64,000 nucleotides of DNA, taken from Antedon mediterranea (Eukaryota > Animalia > Echinodermata). Positions 26,401 through 41,400 of the stretch are shown in pieces. The notes below the pieces were generated by a model. It was not told the origin of the DNA and searched no databases. It was given only the letters and a program-made list of their open reading frames with translations. The position numbers were made by a program, and so were the translations under genes. Position 1 is the stretch's first letter. Every line of letters starts with the position of its first letter. The stretch lies in contig NC_092670.1 of assembly GCF_964355755.1 (NCBI RefSeq), positions 29,314,388 through 29,378,387 of the forward strand, in the 5' to 3' direction.

Positions 26401-29400
26401 AGTTTTTGCTCTTCTTTTTCTGTCGATTGTTCAGCGCTTAGAGGCGTCCTGCATTTTGCGCTATAGTAAATTGAACATTATTATTATAATTATTATTAAC
26501 TTGCATACAAATTTTAATGTGTTCTTACAAGCAAAGTTGGTAGTCTTATGTATGCACAATTGGTGGTCGTGAAGGTAGTCTTTTTGGATTGTTAGCCTTG
26601 CATTGGTAGTATTCGATCCAAGGATGCAATTGCGGTCTTACATGCAATGGTAATCTTAAATGCAATTCTGGTCTGATATGCAATGGTAGTCTTACATGCA
26701 ATGTTGGTCTTATAATGCAATTCTGGTCTTATATGCAATGGTAGTCTTATATGCAATGTTGGTCTTATAATGCAATTCTGGTCTTATAATATGCAATGGT
26801 AGTCTTACATGCAATGTTGGTCTTATAATGCAATTCTGGTCTTATATGCAATGTTGGTCTTATATGCAATGTTGGTCTTATAATGCAATGCTGGTCTTAT
26901 ATGCAATGGTAGTCTTACATGCAATGTTGGTCTTATAATGCAATTCTGGTCTGATATGCAATGGTAGTCTTACATGCAATGGTAGTCTTATAATGCAATG
27001 CTGGTCTTATATGCAATGGTAGTCTTACATGCAATGTTGGTCTTATAATGCAATTCTGGTCTTATATGCAATGGTAGTCTTACATGCAATGTTGGTCTTA
27101 TAATGCAATTCTGGTCTTATATGCAATGGTAGTCTTACATGCAATGTTGGTCTTATAATGCAATTCTGGTCTGATATGCAATGGTAGTCTTACATGCAAT
27201 GTTGGTCTTATAATGCAATTCTGGTCTTATATGCAATGGTAGTCTTATATGCAATGTTGGTCTTATAATGCAATTCTGGTCTTATATGCAATGGTAGTCT
27301 TATATGCAATGTTGGTCTTATAATGCAATGCTGGTCTTATATGCAATGGTAGTCTTATATGCAATGGTAGTCTTATATGCAATGGTAGTCTTACATGCAA
27401 TGGTAATCTTAAATGCAATTCTGGTCTTATATGCAATGGTAGTCTTACATGCAATGTTGGTCTTATAATGCAATGCTGGTCTTATATGCAATGCTGGTTT
27501 AACAGGCAATAGTGGTCTTACATGCGATTGCAGTCTTACATGCAATGATGGTCTTATGCAATGATGATGGTCTTTCAGTATATGCAATGATGGTCTTGCA
27601 TGCAATGGTGGTCTTACAGTACATTCATAATACATTACACAGTTAAAGATAAATGCATATGTATTACACAGTTACAGGCATACTGTATTCTAAACTTCCT
27701 GGTGATAATTAATTCACATTTAAAATATATAAATGAACTGAGGAGGTCACAAATTAATGTATTATTTAGTAATATAAGGAAATTAATAATAAATTAAATT
27801 ATTTGAAATGTAATAAATGCTAGTGAGTGCAAATAAGACTAATCATGAGATAAATACAAGTAATTCCATGTCCTGAGTCCAGTGGGTATGCTCAAAGCCT
27901 AGCTCAACCCAACATGCTATGATGCATGCATAATTTTATTTATTTGAATTTATCAAGATAAAGCCTATTGCACTTATAATTTTAAGCAATTTATCTTGAT
28001 CATGGCTGTTCTGAAAGAAATAAATGTGATCTAAATTATGATGGCAATAAACATTAAATCCTTTAAATTTTCTGCCAACTAACATTTACATTTATTTGGC
28101 TTTTTCAACTACTGTAATTTATTAATTTTACATTAATTTGTATCTTCTAAAAAAATGTATCATTAGACAAAAACAGTTTTAAGCCTTAAGCTTATCTGTC
28201 AGTTTAGATTATTACTTAGTATATTCAAGCCAGGTAAAAATACTGTGGCATCCTTCCTTTCTATTAAAAGAAAAATAAAACTATTCTGGAAAAATTGCTA
28301 GGCTACACTCAAGTCACTTTATTTATTTTAAAGCCTGTTCTATAAAGTGTTTATTGTGGACACCTTCAAAATCCCTAGTAAGCTTAGGGATCCAATAAAG
28401 TGTTTGGCTGTAATTTTAAAATATATTTTCGAAGGTAATTCATTTCATTAGAAGGTGTTCCCTGAATAGGTATTCTCAAAATGTTCTACTGTATCTGCTC
28501 GTATATTCACCAAAATTATATTTCTTGGTTTAAAAAAATGTGTTTTTTAATTGGTTTTTAATTATACTTATGGGTGTTGACAATTAAAGGAATACTTTTC
28601 ATTTTGAGTGTACAGGATTCTAGAAACTTTCATATAACATTAACAATAGTTTTGCTTGACAAATTTAACCTCTGTTTTAGGTGAATATCAAATAACCGCT
28701 GAATATTAGTTTAGTACAGGTTTTGATTCTATTAAAGCTATTTGATCTTCAATTACAGTTGGCCAGATAATTTAATAATTGTATAATACAATTATTTATT
28801 ATCATGTGACATGGGTGATTATGAAGCATAGCAGCAAAGTTATCTATGCATTCTGTGGAATACATTAAATGCTGGTCATTAGAAAAAATAAACAGAAGAT
28901 ATTTCTGAAGCTGATTTTTTTGTTTACTAAATTGCTTCTGCTTTTTAAAAACACAATTTATTATGTTTTGTCTCTTGGTAATTTGGATGCTCGTCTGTGT
29001 ACAAGGTTCCTGTCTGATGTCAGGATTTTTTGTCATGACATGTTCAAATTTACTTCCAAAGACTTGTCTTTTTAAAATAAATCAATGTTTAAATCACTGT
29101 TTTATTTTTTGTAGCACCCAAGCTTTTATAGGGTTCTCCACATTTTGTTCTGTCTATTTCATAGATTTTTGTGACCATTATTTATCAATTGCGGTTTAGG
29201 TTACCTCTACTAGTAGTGTACAGTATTCTGGAAGGGAATATGATCAAACTATATTATTTTCAATAGACTTTTAAAAAGCTTTTATTAGTTCAATCATGAT
29301 ACAGAATCCAATATATTGAATATGTATCATTTAATATTATATTTAATATTCCCATTTCGAATTGTTTCTTCACCCTGAAGACGTAAAACCATTTATTTGC

Positions 29401-32400
29401 AGCTAATGTTTAAATGTAAAAATTTGTTTTGATACATTTATATTTATGTTTTTTGATACAAACACATTAGGACAATGTTATTAACCTCATTAAAAATCAC
29501 ATTTGCACATGAAATTTGGTTTGATGTGACAAAGCATAAATCACTATTGTTATTTTAGGTAATAAGTAAAAAAATGATGAAAACAAAAATGATAATTACT
29601 GTACAAAAAACAAATTGGCTAATCTGCTTTACAGGAATTTCTATTGTTCATATGTTTTTTTTTGTAAATGGCAAACTTTCAGTGAAAGGAAAATTTGTTT
29701 CACCAAACCAGATTTCAGGAATACTGGAAACTCTCCCAAAATTCAAAGCTTCTAAATTATTTCATGCTATTAAAATGGTAACAAATTTACTAAAATGCCA
29801 TTAAAATCTATGAATAGATTAGCACAGATCATCATACTTAACAATCTGCCTTGAGGTTAGTTTCCAACTACACCAAAATAGGAAATAATTACTAATTCCT
29901 ATCCAAACTACTTATATGTCACATTTGTAATAGAGGTATCTACCTTTTGATTTATTTTATAGGACTTTAGAAGAGGTACCCCAGATAGAGCTAGCGCTAC
30001 ATTGACCAGAAGTAACAATAGGGACTATGAAGAATTGCATCGTGGTGCTCCTGGTCGTCAAACGCTGCCATCGTCTCATAGCAGAAACTACTCAGATGTT
30101 ACACAAAGAGTAACACAAAGAAGTGTATCACAAGAGGGACATGCACCTCAAGGTAATGGAATCATACAAATTGATATTGGAAAGATGTTTGAAATGTGGT
30201 AATATTGTATGGATAGAACATCTGCATATCAAGCAGAAGGTTCTAAGTTTTATTTTTTTTATTCCCACAAATGTCCTCATCTTTATAATTTCAAAATTAA
30301 TTAATTAATTTTCAGTATATCATCGAGTTGTTTAGAATTTCTCCTAATGCCTATAAATACCCATATATGTCAATTTGTAGGATAGGATGCTCTAACCTAA
30401 AACTCCTGTGGGTTTTGTTCTGGTGGCAATACAAACTCTCAATTGGGAGTATCAAAATAGTAGAGAGATAGCTGCTGACATGATTGCTTTCTAATAATTT
30501 AAATTTGATTGATGATTTTTCTTGTAACTCAAACAGGGTCAAATATTGAGGCCTTACAATTTTACTGATATGCAATGAAATAAATAATAGTTAAATTTTG
30601 TAATTTTTAATAGGATACACACCAACATCAATGGCAGATACTAACGGCCATCATCCAGGAAAAGGTCAATATGGGTCACGAATGTCCAACTCATTGGATA
30701 ATCTAGACGACACAGATTCAAGTAGATCAATGAAACATCGGCCAGTGTATCAAGTTGATGTACCCCCTCCACCATCCAACTATGCTCAACAGGGTACTCC
30801 AAGGTCACGCTCCTCACAGAGCCTTAACATACCACCAGGTACGCCTACTCGCAATCGGCAAAAAGAAAATTTTGGATCTCCAAGACATTATTCACATAGT
30901 GGAGGTTCACAGAGAGGTCGCCAGATGAGTCGGACCGAACTTGACATGAAGCAGAGAAGCCATAGCCAACCGCCGGCTAAAGCTGCTACTGATAATGGAG
31001 GGTACATGTTTTTTGTATTATTTTTCATTTAGATAACTGCTCTCTCATTGGTATTCCTACACGCATGAATATTTCTGAATAAATTAATTACATTTAATCG
31101 ATCAATCCTAATTTAATAACTTCTTCCATATGACTAAATTAATATTTTATCATTCCTTCCTTGTTGAAGCATATAGTATTTCATTGTTTAACCCTAACTT
31201 TGTCATTGTCATTGAATGTATGTTCTGTAACAATTGCCATCTATCCCTTAACCTCCCTGTAATTCATTTTGGAAAATTATTTTATTTGAAGAATGATCTT
31301 GGAGATCAATATTTTTAACTAAATTAAAACCATTTAACTTCACATTTAACTAATAACATAGAATTCATTTGTTAAATATTAAATATTGTATTTTGTATTT
31401 AATTACAAATGCATGCATTATCACACTATATTATTTTGCATGAATTTCAAAATGCATCCACTTTGCTGTCTTTCAAAATTATTGACTAAAATATTTTCTT
31501 ATAAATTATATGCAATGCTATGATTGATTGATTTGTCAAAAATAATGCATTATCAAATGTGCCATATTTATTATCATTTGAATAAGTAATTACAATGTAC
31601 TGACTCTGGTATAAGCCTATCCTGAGGTGGCATAAACCCAGCCAATTTGAGTATTGTTAGATGCAAATACGGTTTGCATAGGTTGACACCACTCTAAATT
31701 CTAGATTGCCATTCAGCTTATATTGGTAAATGAACAAGATTTTGGCACCCATGGTGTACCTATACTTGATCTGGTATCACCACATCTAGTTATACGGACA
31801 AAAATCAAATTCACTTGGTAGCAATATAGGGACTTTAACCAAGTCTAGTTTTTGTCCTCATTCAAATACACCCATCCGATTTATTGTGTAATATAGAGAC
31901 GAGAAGGGGAAGGCTTACATCTCAGTCTGTACAGTGATTGCTGTCAGCTTGAATCTACTTTTTAAAACTGGTTTTCATTCAAAGATTGTGTAATAATATC
32001 AATACCAAAAATGCATGTTTTTTTATTGGGATTCTTCTATATCAAATCTTAGCATTTACGCTACTATACAAAGGCCAACGAGTACGTCAATCACAGACCA
32101 AGCACGAGCATACTATATGCAAAGCCCACCCCCAAACTCTTCTGGGCGCTCAACACCGTTTGATCCAGAATCCAAGTGAGTTCTTCTCGTAATTTTGTTT
32201 GTCTATGGTTTTGTTTTTGGGTCAATTTTGTTTTAATCTATTTTTTAGTTGTAATGTTATATCCCAAAATATTTATTTACTAGATTTATTGAATTTTGAA
32301 ATTTCCAAATTTGTAATACTAAGTATGTATAAAAAGAAATGCTGTAGATCTATACATTTCATTTGATTTAATTTATGTATTATGATGAAAAACATTATAC

Positions 32401-35400
32401 AGAGATATTAAAAACCCTGATGGGAAATTGATTTTTAATATTTGGAAGTGAGAAATCAGAACTTTGCAGATTGCAATGAAAACTTGTCCGACTTGTCTTA
32501 GATCTAAACCCTAAAATCAACTTTGTTCATTTCAACTAGTGCTTTAAAGTCTAGGCTTAAGACTAAGGATGGGGACATCTAATACTTTCCATCTGCCTCT
32601 GTAGTTAATAAGACAGTGTAGATTGAATATCAGCACGCCATGGCACAATAACATACTCTAATATATGCATTTGTTATAATTGCATTTCAGCATGCATGAT
32701 GATTGAATGTTTCATTTTGAAAATAAATTGCACCAAAATGTTTCTATTTCATTTGCTAACATTTTGGTTGCATATTGTAGCAAATAATTATGCATTATAA
32801 TTTGGTTTAGTTTTTGTATCTTTTTTAAAAATCATGTATTCTATTTACTAGTGCCCGTATGTCGGCTATGGAACATCAGATTGCGAGCCTCGCTGGAATT
32901 CTAGAGACTGCCCTCACTACTGGTAGCATTGGAAGTCCTGATGATAACAAGGTAAAGTTTAAAATATGTTCATCTTGCATTACAAAGTGAATTATTATGG
33001 CAAGACTAAGTTTATGGCGTATGTACAAATGCATAACATTAAGTTCCATGTCGCCTCACTTCTGAACCATTATTTAGTTTTGAAAAATGCTTATAAATTT
33101 TCCTTCAGGCACACAAACTTCCATCTGGAATGTCTTCCAGTAGGAGTGAAGAGGTCCTACGAATGTTTAGTGGATCAAGTGTTGCCTCATCGGAGATGTC
33201 AGCTGACGGTAGTGGTGAGTATGAAAATACATATTTCCTATAAAAGAATATAATTGATGTAATTGTCATAATCCATTATTATTTTGAAAATGTTCAAACA
33301 TCTGCGGAAAAAAAAATTTACAAGAAACATGGTTGTACATTGTGGTGCCATTGTGCTTATCTCTGTATTTTTAATTTAATACAAATAAATTTAATCCCAT
33401 TTTCAGCAACTTAAGTTTTTAAAATATATCACTGTCACTGGTGTTAATATTTGAATTTTGAAATAATCTTTATTGATTATTCCAATTTCAACAGATGCAT
33501 CTGGAAGTTCATGCGTCACACCAGTTATCAATGTCCACTTGAGAAACTCGGCTCTTGATCTTCGACAAACTGCAAGGAATCTTCGAGATCAACTAAAACA
33601 ACTACGCATACTGCAACTGAACCATGCCCAGCAGATGAATGAGATGATGAAGATAACTACACGTCGTATCATGCAGGCTTTAGACACTACACCTCATGCA
33701 AATGACCATCCAGTGAGGGCAGAGAGGAGTCGCGTACATCAGGACTTCCTTCGTTACAAGACAACAGCACAACAAATTCAACTTGATTTAGAGTAATAAT
33801 AATGATGGATTTTTATAGCACATATTCACACTAGGTGGATTAGATTTTAAAACTTTTCAATTTCAACAGGCTTCTTCTAAGGTTCACTCCATCTCCTTGA
33901 CATATACAGGTGCCTCTTTCTTATCCATGACAAAGAGAGTAAAAAGACCAAACAATTAAATCTCAAACCTAACAAACAAGAAACTAAAAAAAAACATTTC
34001 TAAAAAAAAATTGTACAATTATTTTTTCTTTCTTTTTATATTAGTGATTTGGAAGCAACAGTGGAAGAAACAAGATGTGATGTAGTGAACAAACAATGCC
34101 GTGTTGATATGCAAGATGTTGGCAATATGAGTACGCTTCTAGGCAACACAACAAAAAAAATATCTGAACAAAAAGGTAAGCATTTTGTATCTTTGATTCC
34201 AATGACATAATCTACATAGTCATTTATAAGTACTGTAAATATAATGCAAATTTACGAATAGCTAATAGTGTATATGTAACTGCTTGAACTACTATTGAAA
34301 AGGTAGTTAGAAAAACAAACATTTAATGCAAAAATCTCAAAATATAAATTTTAAGGTATTTTCTTTATATTTTTTTTTCAATTCAAACTAATTCGTATCA
34401 TTTTTTATATTGACAATTTGTATTGTCTTATGAAATAAATATTAAATAAATGATATACTCTATAAATTGTTCCAGTTGCCTTTCCAATGTTGTCGGACAA
34501 GATGAAGAAAGTAATGAATGAAGAAATGGCTGTAGTAGTGCAGGAAGAAAAGTAGGTATTATTATAGCTTGGTGGTTGGTTAATTGCTGCTCTTTGGGGT
34601 TTGTTTACATTAGTAAAATATTCAAACACAAACAAATATGTCCATGTCCAATGAACTTATTTGCTAGCTAGGTAACAGTCTTTTGGATTGAAAAAATACT
34701 ATTTTCAATTTAATATTTATCTTTAATTGCAGCTTTTTAAAAGAAGAGCCACCGAAGCTAGACAGTTACATGAAGCGATGTAAGAAATTGACAGGAACGT
34801 TACATACATTAAAAAGGTGACTATGGATGCATTTTATGCTGTGTCCACACTAAAAACAATGCTGTATCTTGATTATGTAATATTCTTGTTTTGGCTGAAT
34901 TATTTTCAAAATAACACCACTTCTTTCATGAAGACCAGAATTATTGTACTGATGAGCCCACCAATACTTTTGGTAATTTAGAACATTATTTATCGAATAC
35001 AAAATAAGGTAATTAATTTCATTAAAAAAAATATATTGCAATTTTAGATCAACCAATATTATACAAAAATTAACCTTTGTATGTAAAGATGTTTATAGTC
35101 CTACCAGGGAGTTGTTTTATCTAATAACAACTCCATGGTCCTACTATATTGTTACTGAAATACAGTAAATGTTATAAAAGCAAAATAATCTTGTTTCATC
35201 ATTTAGATTGGGTGGTGTCCAGGAACATCGGTCTCCTGTTGTACCTGTAATAGAATCGTCTCCTGGTGTACCAAGCCGCACTGCATTGATGGATAACATT
35301 AACAAATTGGAACCAGACCATGACACCAGAGTGAGAAAAATTCAGGTAATTGACCAGAACATTTTACTGACATTATGAGGTTCATCTTGTAATAATCTTA

Positions 35401-38400
35401 ACATTGTTATTTCCACAATGAGGGAAACTCACTGTTTTTATTTTCAACCAAATATAATTTTAAGTGATTAAAAAATACCTTTTTATTTTAAAGTGTTAAA
35501 TAAATTTTATCTCAGACAACTTGTCCATAGCATGTATTCATTGACAAAAATAATAATAGATTAATTAAATTTGTGGTTTTTTTTTGCTCAATCCTCCCAA
35601 CCTACTAATTTTGGTTACTAACTTCTGGATATAACAGGCCTTTATGTTTACATAATGTTGGCGTAAATGATGTTATGTTCATTGAAAAATTACATTAATT
35701 TAATTCTGTTTAATTTAACCAATAGCTAACATTAAACATTAATAATCATGTTTAGACATCCCTTTTATTTCAAATACATTCAGATTGACATCTTTCCAGA
35801 GGATTGGATAATTCTGTCATTGCAGGTCTTTATTTATATTATCATAACAGGCCTGGGAGTCAATCTTCTTTTGAAAATTACCACATATATGCTGAATTAT
35901 TTAAGTCTGAATGTAGTATGAATTCACATACATTGATTGCTCTCAAAAGAACCAATGGCAGCACTACAAATTTCCTTACTAGAAGTTCAATATTAAGATG
36001 TCTACAAATTAAAATGAGGTCAGAGGTCTGATGTGATCTGAAAAATGACATGTCTATATTTTCGGAAACTTCCCTTTAATTGACTACAAATTGGGATCCT
36101 CTCTCTAGAAGGAACACTAGTAGTGTTGCCACGAAAAATGACATATTACCTCTGCAAACACCACAGTTCTCATTTTTCCTGTCTTAAATGTTATTATATA
36201 AAGATTTATTAGAAGTTGACAGAGACTAATAGTTAATTATTTTCATAATTTTTGTTGATTATTAACTCATATTATTTTGTTTCACATTTAAATTTTTGTT
36301 TTAATTGAGATAATTTCATGGCAACTAACACGGCTCTCACTGCTTGTCATTCCCCAGGCGGCAGATGAGTCTCGGGAACGAAAACGTCGCTTTACTAACT
36401 CACAAGACCAGGCTAAATTTGAAAATTCTCTTGTCCAGGGGAATGAATCACTACGGAAAACTAACCATTTGAATGATATTGAGTACAGAGCAAAATCAAA
36501 TCTTAGCAACCTGTATCGGCAGGAGGAACACGACCATATGACCCCAATTGTCACACCAGAGAAGAAAGAGAAAATAGCTGCCAAAAAAGAAATCAAGTTG
36601 AACAAGCAAGGCAAAGCACCACCGCCACCACCACCTAGGCGGTCAAATTTGTCTGCTCGTTCTTTGCAGTCACCAGAAAATTCCTCAGCTGGTAGTTTGT
36701 CGAGCTCAGAAGGGACAACTGTAGTCATGTCATCTACAGAAAAAATAGATGATCCTTCATTTATGTCTAAGAAAAAAGTTGTTCTCATCACCAAAACACA
36801 AACAACAACTGTTTCACCAGTAAGTAGTAAGACAGAACATAATGTAAATGCCAATAACTGTAAACTGCGTGGTATGTCACCCCTGGGGGTAAACCCACCA
36901 GGTGAACTTGTTGTAAGACCAAAAGTAAAGGCGCTCCCAATATCTAGTCAAAGTCAGGTCTCATCACCTGATTGTGCTCCTGTGCCAAACCTGAATACAA
37001 AATATGTGCAAGAAAAACAGTCTATACAAAAACAACAATCTCCACAAAGTTGGCAAAGGTATGCTTTGACAAGCCCAAAGTTTCCAGCCACAAGGATCCA
37101 ACAGCCACAGGTTCATTGGAACAATGGTTCATCAAACATGGTATCACCCCACAGGTCACCACCAAAGGTTGGCCCAAAACCAAATCAAATCCCAAATCAA
37201 ATGATTCCACCTCCTAAACCTCCCAGGGCCCAAAGCACAAAGATAACAGCTCAGCCACTAAATATGCCTAAGAATAGAATCCCTACTAGGCAGTATAATA
37301 GAGGAAATATGCACTCCCCAAATATGCAATCATTGCATCAAAGCCCAAAGAGACAAGGAAATCATTGTGCTGAAAATGATTACATGAATATTGATGAACT
37401 GTTGAAGATGAGAAATGGAGGTAGTAACTCCTATCCAAATTCACCAAGGAAAATGAATGGTTCCCATCCAAGTTCACGTATGGTAAGCCCACATGGTAGT
37501 AGCACAACTGTCAATACTCGTAATGGTGACAGTCAGCATAATAGGCATACTACCAATGACAATCACAAATCTCATAGTGGGTCATCCATGACCAATGGAA
37601 AGCACCAGCCGATTCAGAGAAACTGTGTAACTCCCAGCCCTCAGCACCGAAATGGAAATGTGTCAATTGAAAGACAACGTCTTTCTAAACAATCCTCGGC
37701 TCCATCCTTAAACATTTCACCAGTCAGCAGCATGACGGTTGGTTGCCATAGCTTAAGTAATTCACCAATTCCACATCAGAAAGACCAACAGTTACGAGAA
37801 CAGTATGCCATTCTGAAAAGACTCCAAGAAGAGAATAAACGAAAACAAAATGGAAATGTTTCATCTCGGCAACAAGTAGCCCAACCAAATGAGGTGACTT
37901 TAAGTTTATGGCACTTTCTTGCGATTTTTCATCTCTCAAGCATCGCCTAATCCACCTGCACATTTCATCTTCTCAATCTCTCTATTCATGTCTTATTCCT
38001 GATGCTTTCTCTTGTTCATGTTAATAATGTTATTACCTAACCAATAAAATGTTGAATCTCTTCAAAGTCATGGCAATGTACAAACTATTTTTATGGCTTC
38101 CAGAACCAACGTATTGTAGTTTTTTTCAAATCTTATTAACAACCGCTTCATTAACCTCTTCTTCTGTGGCAACATTGGTGTAACACTGCTTACTAGATGA
38201 TTTTTAGTGCATTGCTTTCTACCCTTTGCTTGGTGCTATGGGTTATCACTATCTTTGGGTTATACCTAACACAGGGTTACACATGGTTTACAAATAACAT
38301 TTCAACTTTTTGGTAGCGGTTTATAATAATTCTTTGTTTCATATTATGTACATTTCGGATATTTTTAACATCTACACATTTCTTGTACTAAGCCAACATT

Positions 38401-41400
38401 TTCCTCTTCAACAAATTTAATCTATCCGCATTAATTACAATTAACACTTGTAACCATCACAAATTAAACCAGATCATAACATCTTTTCTAATTTTCCAAT
38501 TACTTATATCACAAAATAATAGAAATATGTTTTACTAATCCAGCTAACAGTATAAATCATTAATATTTTAATGCAGTAGAAATTAATTTTCAAATTATTT
38601 TGTAAATAACAGAAAATTAATAAAATATATATAATATAACAACTTATAAATAGATTAAAATAAATAGATAGAAAGCTGCAATTTTTAAATTATAAATCTA
38701 CTTTTATAATGTAAACAAATGTTAACATCTATCACCTTTGTCCTTTGATGACATGTGTATGATTTCTCATGTAGGCTCGCCGAAAACAGCAAACACAATC
38801 TTTAGATGAAGTTCTTGCAGATTTAGACCGAGCTGTTAATGAACCTATTGGTGATAATAAACCACCCTCAGCGCCAATAAGGTGAGATTGTGTGTGTTTT
38901 TTTAGATTCTTTATAATCAGAAAATAGAATTATCACAATTACAACTTATAGTTGAACTTTGCGTCTGTACTAGATTTTACAAATTATATTCTACTTATTT
39001 AATTAATGTTTAATATTGACATCAAGGAGCGTTTTTGTTTAGTAATCATTTTAGTTAATGTTGTTTTTGGTGTTAACAGACATCTACAAACTATTCATGA
39101 TAATACAGTAGTGCAATAACACAAAAAAAATTTACTATTGCTTTGAACCTATTCTCGATAATGTACTGATAGTACATGAAGATATATAATAATCCAAATG
39201 AAATAAGTCAAACACTAATTGTATTTAGGCAGTTTGTCTCGTGCCAAGATGTACACCCTTTTTCTGTTCTACAGTAAATCATACTGTTAGTGCTATATAA
39301 TATAATAATTTAATAATTATTATTGTTTATTATATTTATACAGTGTCAGTGATACATTATATAATAAACTTGCCTACTCTTATAGTTATGTAACATAGAT
39401 TAAATACATTTAAATGGTGTCATTTTATAAATAATTTTTGTTCACGTTTTTCTTCAGTTTCTTTTTTCAAATTTAATTTGATTTTGCTAAACCCTTTTAA
39501 TCCTTTTATATTTTGATTTATTTTTAGCACTATTATTTATTATTATCATTTCTTATCACTATTGTCAAGTTGGCTAGTATGTGAATGTTTTGTAGACACC
39601 GGATTGTATAGATTTCCATTATTTTGACAAAATAAGATTTACCATATTTGGAAATGTACTCACAAGCTTTGTCTAATGCTGTGTTATATTTTATCTCACC
39701 ACAAAACAAAAAAAATAAGAGAGAAAGAAAAATTAATGGTCACTGAGAGCGAACAGTTTTCCTTTTTAAAAAATTAAATGCACATTTAGTGTATTTTTGC
39801 AAATTATCTCATATGCAAAGTAATTTGCATATTATAATAATTCTCCTCATATTTATTCAAATTCTGTGCAAAAATTAAAATGTATTCATCTCCCGTAGGA
39901 GAAAACATAATAAAACAGTAAATTTTACAATGTATAAAACAACATTTGATTTAAAATTCACATGCTCCATAGCAAAGGAAAATCAAAATGGTTTTTCCAA
40001 ATTAAAAGTATCAACAAATATTTAATAAACCCTGACAATATTATATTTTTATTTTGTTAAAACATTTCATCAATATTTCATATCAATTTGTATGTTTATT
40101 TTACATTATTATATTACAACATTATGGAATTGATTTTGTTAACTATCGGAACCAAGTTCGGCATAGTTATCTTTGTGAGTACAGAGCCCTCTATTGATGT
40201 CTAATTGCGTTCCGTTTCATGTATATTATTATCTTGATTTCAGTTGGTCTGTATTTTAATCATTGTCTTCTCCCGTTTTTCATTTTTCAGAGCATAGTGG
40301 TTCTGTTCCTAAATGCTTTACATCTTTGCCAGTATGTGTATTGTAAATGTAGATTACTTGTTCCTATCCACTTCATCAACCTTGCATATCTGACTATGAA
40401 TATTTATCCATTTTTAATATATTCATTCATAATTAGAATACTCTGATTCTTCTTATGCACTCACTCAATGCTTTTTTTCTGTTCCACTAAAATGTCTGTG
40501 CTAATCTGTAATTTGCAGTGATTGAATATAGACCTTTGATATAGATATTGATTGAAAGTGTGATGTAAAATGCCTTGAAAATAATGTTATTTAATGTTTT
40601 AGATGTATTTAGTGATTTGAAAATTAATTTTAATTAATTATTTTCATCTAATAAAAGGATACATTGCTTCTTTAGATTAAATAAAAAAATAAAGTAAAGT
40701 AAATAATTTAGCTAAAGAAAGTAATGTTTTTTAGAATAATATTTTGGTGGGTTGTCTTTTTACAAAATTAATTATAACAGTTGTGCCATATATTGTTTAA
40801 AGTATTTGCATAATATACATACGTTTTGATTATAAATTTTAAAAACACAACGAAAAACATGACGAACTGAAAAAACAATGTACAATGTTATGCAATAAAC
40901 AATAAAGGTGCAACAAGTGTGACCCTATTTTATGATTTTACAAAACACATTCAATGGACTTTTTCCACAGCTTTAACATGCAGAGGACAAGTACTGTATA
41001 ACAAATATTAATATACTAATATGGGAAAAAAACCATTGTATTTAAATGTACAATACATGATAACAATGTGCAGTGTTTGTAGCAGTTTTGTTGGCTAATA
41101 TGTTACTCACCTTTGCTTTTTTATTGCTGCGTCCCAAAACCTTGCTTTTTTTTGCTATAACAACATTACATTCTGCCTTGATTTGTCATTTATTTCTAAT
41201 ATTTACATAGAAAAGAAAGCAATTGTTGATTTTTTATTTAGATGAATATTTTTTAGTTAATTAAATCTATTTGATCCAAGAAGCATAAAACTCCCAAAAT
41301 ACATTCAAATCTTTGAGAATAAATTGTGATAGTAAAATTAAACTATAACTATAATACTCTATAAATAATATGATAGAATAAAGTTTCGACTTTAAATCCA

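Noticed and set aside
27263-27635. LHIRP / YKTTIA repeat ORFs
   Set aside because: Minisatellite translations
34949-34956. CTGATGAG as another hammerhead (also at 45048)
   Set aside because: No stem II plus GAAA at a suitable spacing
36288-37963. Antisense and alternative-frame ORFs over the large exon
   Set aside because: Shadows of the real + strand coding exon
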